DNA from: a virus
Direction: 5' to 3' (one strand)
DNA: 64,000 nucleotides
Virus record (IMG/VR): IMGVR_UViG_3300024999_000040
Location: 84,717 to 148,716 of that record
Shown here piece by piece: positions 34,220 to 43,462 of this stretch. Below the pieces are notes generated by a model, which saw only the letters and a program-made list of their open reading frames with translations, had not been told where the DNA came from and did no database searches. Each line of letters begins with the position of its first letter. The first letter of the stretch is position 1. The translations under genes and the position numbers were made by a program.

Positions 34220-34363
34220 ATAGAGCAAACCAGATAATTTTGTCACGCTTCTTAGGGATGAAGCTCATACATGTAAACCTTGTACTTTGGTTTTACGGTT
34301 CTCATTCTCGAGTCAACCGCATTATGTTGTGATTACCTCTGTTTTGCTTGCCCTTCGCTCTAT
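34220..34363 (-). ncRNA. Candidate 144-nt structured ncRNA
   Basis: Starts at the predicted +1 of the 34370 promoter; ends pair (ATAGAGCGAA/TTTGCTCTAT); three internal hairpins. Confidence 0.55.
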
Positions 34364-34369
34364 GTTATT

Positions 34370-34398
34370 ATTATATCTATTTAGTTAAATCTTGTCAA
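34370..34398 (-). promoter_or_regulatory. sigmaA promoter of the tRNA/ncRNA operon, with TTAACTAA motif
   Basis: TTGACA-agatttaactaaataga-TATAAT. Confidence 0.85.
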
Positions 34399-35708
34399 GC
34401 ATATATCAAAAAATATTTTAAAAGATTACGCATTACTTTGATAACAATCCTGACACACAATAAATGGTCTTCCTATACTAGAATTTTCATTATAATCATA
34501 TTCAAGTTCCTGTGATATAACACAATTTGTTGAACCACAATTTAGACATTTAATCTCAAACCCTTTGTCTTGTTCGTCATATTCTGGTTCTGACTCAGGA
34601 CACATTAGATCGCACATCTGTTTTAACTCAGGATGCAGTTTAGAGCAATATTCTGGATAACATCTCTGTGAACCACATAGGTTACATGCTTCTGGTATTA
34701 TAATTTCTTCTGTTGTTTCTTCTGGAGTTTTGGATTCTACTCGACTCCACTCATAATCATCACCTGTATGATTTGTAAAATTCGGTTTATCAGTCATTTT
34801 TTATATCTCCAATCTTTTTTCAAAACTATTATAGCAAAGATTATATTTGCTATTTTTCTTTGTAACACAATTTATGTTACAATCAAAATTTACCGATGAA
34901 ATAGCTTTTTTATTTGGTACATTCTAACCATTTTTCTATTTCATCTTTTGCGTTTCTAACTTTTTGTGTATTCATAAGTTTTACTAATATATCATCAGAA
35001 ATATTAAGGTTATAATCTTCGCTAAATTTAGTTGCTAAAGCATAATGTATACTATCATCAAGATAAATATCTCCTTCTTTTGCATCGGATTCAACAGCAC
35101 ATAAAGCTATAGTAATCCCATCAATAATTCTTATTCTAATTGCCATTTATATTAAAATCTCCTTTTTCCTAAAGAAACACTTCATTCAATGTGTTCAATC
35201 TTCTATTTCTGAATCTTCATCATCTTCTCTGTAAAAATAATTACTTGCCCAATTACTAACATGTCTTGTCTCAGTTCTTTCGATTTGATAATCTAATCTT
35301 TCGCTACGATAACCACTGTCCCTAATTAACTTTCTTAAAGTAATGCCATATTGTAATTCAGTTTCTATATTGTATAAAATATTTAAAGATAAAGATAATA
35401 TCTCTTTAGTTACTTCTTCAGAAAAATTAAATTCATTTTCACAAATTCTTACACAAATATATTTTGAATCTTTTGTTCCTACATATCCCCATATGCTTTT
35501 TTGTTCTGTTTGATTATTAAATTTAATAGTTATCCATGCTGAATAATATGAAGTAAAATTATATTCGAATTCAGATTCTCTATTTGCTGAAAGTTCTATG
35601 TATTCTACTTCTGGAAAGTATTCGAACATTTTTACTACTTTATAATAATTTTTATTTAACATTTATTATTCCTTTCAAAACAAAATGAATTCTCCCATTC
35701 ATCGTCTT

Positions 35709-36146
35709 TTAATAATCCAACAAAGTACTATCATTCAAAATATCAAATGCTTTATTATATTTCTTCACTCTTTCTCTATCTTTTTCAGTAACATTTTTAA
35801 GTCTACTTAAATCACTATTATGCTGTAAATCTAATTTTTTAACATATGTAGCAGTAGAATTTTGTTTAACTCTTTTAATATAATCAAAATAATCTTCACC
35901 TTTTCTATGAGTTAAACAATCCAAAGCATTTAATATTTCATCGGAAAATTCACACATGTATTTTAAATAATTCATATCATAATCACTATCTTCAATAACA
36001 TCATGTAATACAGCTACAATTCTTGTTTCATTATTATAGCATTGCATCATCAAATGCAACGGATGTAGTATATATGGCTTTCCTGCTTTGTCTAATTGTC
36101 CTTCATGTGCATTTACAGCTACCTTAATTGCTCTGTCTAAAGTCAT
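35709..36146 (-). CDS. Small alarmone hydrolase-like HD protein (RelA/SpoT HD, Mesh1-like)
   Basis: AHEGQLDKAGKPYILHP...AVLHDVIED...VKKLDLQHN. Confidence 0.85.
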   Translation of the reverse strand: MTLDRAIKVAVNAHEGQLDKAGKPYILHPLHLMMQCYNNETRIVAVLHDVIEDSDYDMNYLKYMCEFSDEILNALDCLTHRKGEDYFDYIKRVKQNSTATYVKKLDLQHNSDLSRLKNVTEKDRERVKKYNKAFDILNDSTLLDY

Positions 36147-36191
36147 AACTACTCCCTTCCTTTGAACTTTCCCTTTTAATTACAATTACTC

Positions 36192-36329
36192 TTGTTTTTT
36201 ATTTTTAAAAGTATTATAATAATATTAGCAATCATAAGATTGGAGACCCTTATGATTTGCTATATTAAGTTTTTTGTAATTACAATGTTTGCAGATAGGA
36301 GGTGTGATCAAGTACATCTCCTTATTTGC
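36192..36329 (+). ncRNA. Candidate antisense-strand sRNA with its own promoter and two hairpins
   Basis: TTGTTT-17-TATAAT (36192-36220); AATCATAAG/CTTATGATT hairpin; GCAGATAGGAGGTGT/ACATCTCCTTATTTGC hairpin. Confidence 0.45.
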
Positions 36330-38145
36330 GTTTAATAGGTAAAAACACTGATTTATTTTAATCTATTTAATTCTTTTTTAATTAAATCCATTATAATAGG
36401 ATGGGCAATTATGTTTCTATCCATCATATAAATATCTTTTTTCGGTACTTCTTTATATCCATATCTCTTAGCCCATTTCTTATTTATGCGTTTGCTCTTA
36501 TGCTTCCTTCTTTGAATCTTGTCAACCATAGCTAAACTTTCAATAAATTTATAACCCATCATTTGATACATCATATATTGATTAAACTGAAAATTACTGC
36601 ATGTTAGTGTTGCTTCTTTGGAATGATTAAAACTTACATACTTCATTTTTTCTTCTGAAGAAGAAGATATATCAGCTTTAAAATCGGTTGTACCTATGGC
36701 TACTTCTTTACCATCTTGAGTATATAATTTAAAATTACAAGCGTTATTTATGTACATATTTACTCCATTCTACCCAATAGAATCATTATTCTATTTACCA
36801 CTCATATTTAATTTCTTGAAACTCTTCTGGAACACAAGAAGTACAGTTTATTCTATATTTTATCCAATTAATTAATTCAGCTTGTTTATAATAAATATCC
36901 CACCTACAATCATCAACGACTATTAACTGATCAATATAATGCCCTCTTGCATGATTATATGTAGGAAATGTTTTATATATCGTATCATCTTTCATTATTA
37001 TATAATCTTTATATATAGATTTTATTTCAGTGTCATTATCATTTTCAGCTAAAATCCTTATAGCTTTACACGATAATTCAAAATTATAACCAACTACTGC
37101 TATACTTAACATTTATTATACTCCCTTCATTAAAAACGATGAAAAATTACTTTTATAAGGTTTTACCTTTATCTTCATACTTTGGTCTATCTAATAGAGA
37201 CTTACTATCTTCACAATTCCAAATATCACATTCACTTTCAAATGGGCAATAAGGTTTATTTTCATCATCTAACCTAAAATATTTACAATCTGTACAATAT
37301 ACATGCATATTTTCATCCATATTATACTTCCTCACAATCTAATCCCAAATATTTCATTAACTCAACGATAAATTTCCATCCATAACCACTAAATGTATGT
37401 ACTATAGGATTATCTATTTTTTTATTAATTGTTTTGACTTCTATTATATGGAATTTCACCTAATACAAAATCTTTAATATCTAATTTTTCATAATTTGAT
37501 ATTGCATATTTTCTTATTCTTAAAAATACGTCTTGTTGACTCATATATTCCCTTTCTACACGATGAAATTAAAGTTTTATTTACTTAATCTTGAAAATGT
37601 TCAGACTCTATATTATTCAATTTATCTATAATTCTATTTGCATTTTCTGAATATATTGATATAACCGATTTAACATATTCAATATCGTCTTTACTATCAA
37701 AATTCATATATCCAGATAACATATACTCACATTCAGGACAGACAATATGATATATTCCTCTTCCGTATCCATCTCTACAATTTGCCCAAATAATTTTATT
37801 TAATTTGCCATTGAAGTTTTCTTCTAATTTATTACAATTAGGACAGTAAAAAATACTCATACCAAACCCCTCATCCCAATCCTAAAGATACCACTGACAA
37901 TATAGCTGAATGAGCTTCATAATCATCTTCTTTTGATATATTATTTCTAGAAATATAATCATCGGAACTTACACAAAGTCCATTACACCAATCAATAAAT
38001 ATCTTTTTTTGAACATCATTCTTTAAAGAGTCTAAATGTTCTTTTTCAACTCTATTTATATATTCTCTTACTGAGTTATCAAAGGCTTTAAAAGTATCAG
38101 ATTCCATAAATTCATCAATATCTGTTTTTACTACATTAAGTAAGT

Positions 38146-38598
38146 TCATAAACTTCTCCTAATTGTATTTCTAAATATTTCTGCCAGTTCATCAGAATAA
38201 CCAAATCTATCTTTATTTATTTCTATACTTTTCATTATATCTCCGTTGTCATGTCTCATTGTTGCTGCCATCCAATCACATATCATTTCTATTAAATCAA
38301 CTAAAGATATATCCTTAATACCATTTTCCCAATGTTCAGGATGATGTTTATTTTGTGAATAGTGATGGTCTAAGGCAGGTTTCATTTCTTTAAGAAATCC
38401 TTTGTATTCTTCTGAACCATATGTGCATCCAGAAAGTTTTGGAGTAAATTCAGTAAAAATATCTATTTCATAATCACCTAATTTTGAATTATCATGACTT
38501 ATTGCTCTTTGTTGCAATTCAAAAATAATTTCATTTATAAAAACATTAACACTATATTTATGTTTATATGTTTCTACCATTGTTTCATATTTTGTCAT
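38146..38598 (-). CDS. DUF5662-like HD-type protein
   Basis: HK...HDNSK...HHYSQNKHHPEHW...EMICDW. Confidence 0.7.
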   Translation of the reverse strand: MTKYETMVETYKHKYSVNVFINEIIFELQQRAISHDNSKLGDYEIDIFTEFTPKLSGCTYGSEEYKGFLKEMKPALDHHYSQNKHHPEHWENGIKDISLVDLIEMICDWMAATMRHDNGDIMKSIEINKDRFGYSDELAEIFRNTIRRSL

Positions 38599-40189
38599 TT
38601 TTGTTTTCCTTTCTTTAACCCATTGAAAGAATAGATTTATTGTCTATTCTTTATCTTCCCATTCTGATATTACTGGTTGAACCACCAATTTTGCTCTTTC
38701 AGAATAAGTTTTTGTACCACCCCAAAAGAATTCTCCTGCCTCGTTATAAGCTTCAAGTTGTCCTTCATCTGTACGATATTCTGATTTAAAACAGATGGAA
38801 TCATTAAATACAAATAATCCTGCTGGACATTCTTCTAATGTGCAAGCCCAACCTTCAGGCTTTAACACTAATTTTTTCATAATATATTCCTTCCTTTCCG
38901 ATTAAAAAGATTGCTTCGTGGTCTTATTGCCACAGTACCCACCAAAATTCCTTAATTGCTTTCCACCAATCATTATATTTAAAATCACAATACCTTCTAA
39001 TATGCTCTATCTTCGTTTCTGGCTCTTGCATATATCCATAAGCATAATGATTAATATAATGTCCACAATTGGCACACACAAGATCATATTCTAAAACAGT
39101 TGAACCATACCCATCTAATCTATCTGTATTGGTTTCTGTTGTTTTGGTGGATTTACATTTAGGACATTTTTCAAGGTTATTCCACTTGTTGAATATGTAT
39201 AAAAACTAATTTCTTATCTTTCCAAATAGCCTAACTTTCATTTCAAATGTAAAAACTGTATCCATACAATCTGGACATTTATCTGGACATTCAGTCCAAT
39301 TATTACAATCATCTAAATTACATGGAGATTTATTATATTTTTGTTCCATATTTCTCCTTCCCAAAAGTGATTAAAAGGCTTCATTTAAAGTATTTTAATA
39401 CTCTGTAAATTCATGCCCACAATCATTACATTTACACTCATATTTTATTTTATATGATACTGTTTCCCAATAACTATAATCAAGGCTGCTGTCCATTTTC
39501 TTTTCTTTGACCTCATTATATCTTACTTCTTTTACAACAATATCTGAACTATTACATTTGTCACATGTAAACTGAATTTCCTTCATGCTTTCATCTCCCT
39601 CACACCTATAGCACATTCCATACACTGAGTATAGTAATCATCCCAATTACCTGAAGGTAAATCCTTATCTAATAATCCATTTCTTCTCAATAAGTTTCTA
39701 ATAGCCATTCCATCATAATGATGATATCCAATAAACCATTGTGCTTTAGTTTCTGAAGGAGTATTATTATATAGATTTACTAAAAACTTTTTCTCTCCTT
39801 CTTTAAAATCATTGTTTAGAATTTCTACTGCTTTTTGTAATATGTCTTTAGGCAATTCATTAGAACACTTTTCATGATGAGCGTTAAATTCCTCATCTGT
39901 TGGAATTTCGATTATATTACTATTCATATATTTTTCCTTTCTTGAAACAACAACAGTTGCTTTTCATTTACTCTTCTAAATATTTATCAAACCAATCAAA
40001 ACAATCTTGCAATAATTGTTTTCTACACCAATAAGTATTTGAACCTTTTGGGTCACGTTTACAATTTCCACAATTTCCTTCTTTGCAAAATTTTAAAGTA
40101 TGATAAAGTTCTACACTTTTATCATCTACAATATTTATTATTTCACACATAATTTCCTTTCTCACAATGAAATTTATATTTTATTGGCT

Positions 40190-40237
40190 ATACCATATAT
40201 AGATTTATAACATAAAAATATATACAATATATGGTAT
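40190..40237. promoter_or_regulatory. Tandem NrdR-box-like operators within an 18-bp inverted repeat
   Basis: ATACCATATATAGATT (40190) and ATACAATATATGGTAT (40222), 32 bp apart; IR 40183-40200/40227-40244. Confidence 0.5.
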
Positions 40238-40264
40238 AGCCAATTGGACAATTACTATATTTAT

Positions 40265-41749
40265 TTAATTACTCATTAGTTTATTTCTTATCTCTGCCAA
40301 AGTTTCATCTCTTATCAATTTACCATCAACAAAAATGTCTTCGAGGATATCTACATCTTTTAACTTCTCTCTTTCAGCTCTGCCTAATCCATCAATATAC
40401 TTAATATTCCCATTTTCATTTACTACGCATACAAGTCCTGTTTGTGATTTCTTGAAGTTTGCTTTATCTGTAACAGGGTCTTTAAATAAGTTCTTTTCTT
40501 TTCCACCAAATACTCCAAAGGTTGACTTCAAAGCAAATCCAAAAGTATCTCTTGTATTATATTGGTAAGTGAAGGAACCAATGCCATAAACCATATTGGT
40601 TGAAGCAAATCCTTTATCCATTAATCTCTTACAAATTTCATCACATCTTTCAAGTGTAATTGCATCTCCATAAATACAACCAATATGTGAATCCAATTGT
40701 TTATAACCTTTATCAGTAATAGTTCCACCAAAAATATCCCAAAGAATCTCTATAACGCCTTTCTGTTCATTTTCATCGGCAGACTCAGAATCACCACAGA
40801 TTATTTTTACAGGATCACCACTATCAGGGCGAATAACAATTCTACCATCTCTTGCCAAAATTTCAGGCTTCAATGTTTTAATAACATTATTCAAAACTCC
40901 CCATAAATCCCATGTATCAGATACTATAGAGGCGAATCCAGAAGGATAAACTTCTGTGATAATTCTTCTATAAGATTCAAGTTCATTCTGTCCGTATGCA
41001 CACATTACCGAGTGTTCCGTAGCTGGTATAGAAGTTCCTACTAATTCCTTTTCTATATTGGCATTGTAAAACTCTTCTAAATACAATATTGCAGGAATAG
41101 TATCTGTTCCAGAAAATGAAAGTAAATGTCCTGCTCCACTTGCTTTAGCAGCATCTAAAGCACTCATACCCCTCATAGAGAAATCATGACCCTGAAATTG
41201 AACTCCACCTAAATCTCCACCTGTTTTTTCAGCATACATATTAAGTAACTGTCTGTATTCATATGCAATAGTAGCACTTGTTGTAGGCTGCCATAAGATA
41301 CATGACATAAGTGTTTCAATATAATTTGTCAACCAAAAAAATTCAGGAATGGTATTTTCAATTGTAAACATAGGAACTCTAATTGGTACTCTTGTTCCTT
41401 CTTTAACAGCTCTGATTTTAAAAGGTAAATATCCAAGTTTATGTAATGCTTCAATATGAGATGCATCTGGATTATCCTTACCAAGAGTATACTTGATCAC
41501 TCTTTTATATTCATCTATAACTTCTTCAGTTGTTCTTGAAAAGAAATTCTCATTGAAATATTTAATAAGATACTCCTTGATAAATGCCTGAAATCCAAAA
41601 GCAACAACCTTGTCAACACCTTTAATTCTTGTCATACGAGGTGTCCATGTGCTAAAAATCATTTCTGTATTTTCTGGATACTGTTCTCTATGTGATACCT
41701 TGTAAAAGTCACATAACAATGTTGCAGGATAAATGTAATTTTTGTTCAT
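40265..41749 (-). CDS. Nicotinamide phosphoribosyltransferase homolog (NadV/Nampt; likely Namat of NARP1)
   Basis: CDFYKVSH, HDFSMRG, SIPATEHSVM, SIVSDTWD, VIRPDSGDP, IYGDAIT, KDP...KKS. Confidence 0.92.
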   Translation of the reverse strand: MNKNYIYPATLLCDFYKVSHREQYPENTEMIFSTWTPRMTRIKGVDKVVAFGFQAFIKEYLIKYFNENFFSRTTEEVIDEYKRVIKYTLGKDNPDASHIEALHKLGYLPFKIRAVKEGTRVPIRVPMFTIENTIPEFFWLTNYIETLMSCILWQPTTSATIAYEYRQLLNMYAEKTGGDLGGVQFQGHDFSMRGMSALDAAKASGAGHLLSFSGTDTIPAILYLEEFYNANIEKELVGTSIPATEHSVMCAYGQNELESYRRIITEVYPSGFASIVSDTWDLWGVLNNVIKTLKPEILARDGRIVIRPDSGDPVKIICGDSESADENEQKGVIEILWDIFGGTITDKGYKQLDSHIGCIYGDAITLERCDEICKRLMDKGFASTNMVYGIGSFTYQYNTRDTFGFALKSTFGVFGGKEKNLFKDPVTDKANFKKSQTGLVCVVNENGNIKYIDGLGRAEREKLKDVDILEDIFVDGKLIRDETLAEIRNKLMSN

Positions 41750-41750
41750 A

Positions 41751-42170
41751 TTATATATTCTCCTTTTTAATATTTATATTATTTAAATAATTTGACACTT
41801 CTTCTAATGATTTAAAATATAACCCACCGTTTCTTTTTACTAAACATCCTACTGCATCTAAATGTTTTAAATCTTGATGAGACATAGCCCATTCGCCATT
41901 AGGTAATTTTTCGTTTATAATACAAACTATAGTTTTATCAGGTCTTTTGTTACTATCATCTACAACTTCAGCTATTGAATATGTACTAAAAACTCTAGTT
42001 AATGTGTATAAAACAAAATCGCAAATTTTTCTTTGTTTAATCTCTTCTACTTGACATTCTGGAGTCCAATTAGATACCACTGGATTAAAATAATCTATAT
42101 TTAGCTTTGGTATTAATTTATCTCTCCACTTACTATTAGCACATGTGCCACCTAAAAATACTCTACTCAT
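41751..42170 (-). CDS. Nucleoside 2-deoxyribosyltransferase-like protein
   Basis: VFLGGT...WR...YFNP...W...E...CD...YSIAE. Confidence 0.7.
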   Translation of the reverse strand: MSRVFLGGTCANSKWRDKLIPKLNIDYFNPVVSNWTPECQVEEIKQRKICDFVLYTLTRVFSTYSIAEVVDDSNKRPDKTIVCIINEKLPNGEWAMSHQDLKHLDAVGCLVKRNGGLYFKSLEEVSNYLNNINIKKENI

Positions 42171-42579
42171 TATTTATATTCTCTCTTTCTATTTGTTCTA
42201 CAGCATTTAATAAACATTCATATGAAGATTGAAGTCCTGATCTATCATCAAGCATTATATTGTAATAAATTTTTCTACCTGTAAACTTTATAAAGTCAAA
42301 ATTATTATTTATTCTATCAAACGGAATATTATTACTATATAAATAATCTTTGATTTTTCCATATTCATCTTCTCCACAACATGTGAATACTACAAAATAC
42401 GCTCCAGCCTTATCGTATCTTTGTAGTAGTGAGATTACATCAGTATAAGTTCTGCCTTTCTTCCAGAAATCAAATACAGTATCATCGAAATCATAAGCAA
42501 TAATAATCTTACCGTATTTCTTCCATTCCTCTATAAGTCTATTAATTACATTTTCATTATTTAAATAATAATCCATCAT
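42163..42579 (-). CDS. HAD-superfamily hydrolase
   Basis: IAYDFDDTV (DxD), VFT, KIYY...LDDR. Confidence 0.75.
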   Translation of the reverse strand: MMDYYLNNENVINRLIEEWKKYGKIIIAYDFDDTVFDFWKKGRTYTDVISLLQRYDKAGAYFVVFTCCGEDEYGKIKDYLYSNNIPFDRINNNFDFIKFTGRKIYYNIMLDDRSGLQSSYECLLNAVEQIERENINNE

Positions 42580-43406
42580 CCAATAACTCCTGTTCCTTGA
42601 ATAGGATATATCTTTATTCTATCATTCAATTCTTCAGTAATAATACTATTTGTAGTATATACTTTGTTAATTAAATCGGTTTTAAATATATCACCTTTGT
42701 AAATTGAATCTTCAGCATGACCAATTACAAGATATACTTCTCCAGCTCCAAGTTCTATTAACTTTCTAGCTCCTAACATGAATGTACCACCATAAGAAGA
42801 TAAATCATCTATCATTATTACTTTAAAACCTTTTGACTTAACTTCTCCAAGGACTTCAAGGCTTGTAATTTTGCCTGTTTGAAAATCTCTATGTTTAAAT
42901 CCTACTAGAGAATTTTTAACTTTAATCATTTTACTATACCTTTTCTCACTACCAGCATCAGGGAAGTAAATATAATCCTCATCCTCATTAAAATTCATTC
43001 TAACCTTAACATCAGATAGAATATTAACAGATGGAAAACTGATCTCACAATTATTGAGTAATGCAGGTGTAACATCAGAATGAGGTTCAATTACCGTTAC
43101 TTTTTCAAAATTAAGTTTATTGATAAAGTCTGCTACATATTTTAATGTGAAAGCTGAACCACCTTCAGACCTATCCATTCTACTATATGGCATATAATAT
43201 ATTACCAATTCAGATTGCTTTTTAAGTATGTCCAAATAGCGTTTAACAAACATAAGTTTAATTAAATTACTATCATTCTCATATTTAAGAGAAACGACAT
43301 TCATTCCTCCTGTTTCTGCATTATCTCTTATCTGTTTTTCATTCATCTTTGTTTCTCCATTTGGGAAAGTTTCAAATCCTAATGGAATTGAGTTTAAAAA
43401 TATCAT
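42576..43406 (-). CDS. PRPP synthetase homolog (likely Adps of NARP1)
   Basis: FPNGE, YMPYSRMDR, EPHS, FPDAGSEKRY, IDDLSSYGGTF, TTNS. Confidence 0.92.
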   Translation of the reverse strand: MIFLNSIPLGFETFPNGETKMNEKQIRDNAETGGMNVVSLKYENDSNLIKLMFVKRYLDILKKQSELVIYYMPYSRMDRSEGGSAFTLKYVADFINKLNFEKVTVIEPHSDVTPALLNNCEISFPSVNILSDVKVRMNFNEDEDYIYFPDAGSEKRYSKMIKVKNSLVGFKHRDFQTGKITSLEVLGEVKSKGFKVIMIDDLSSYGGTFMLGARKLIELGAGEVYLVIGHAEDSIYKGDIFKTDLINKVYTTNSIITEELNDRIKIYPIQGTGVIG

Positions 43407-43433
43407 ATGTAACCTCCATAAATTTATACTATT

Positions 43434-43462
43434 ATTATACTTACTTAGTTAAGATTTGTCAA
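43434..43462 (-). promoter_or_regulatory. sigmaA promoter of the NAD operon, with TTAACTAA motif
   Basis: TTGACA-aatcttaactaagtaag-TATAAT. Confidence 0.85.
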
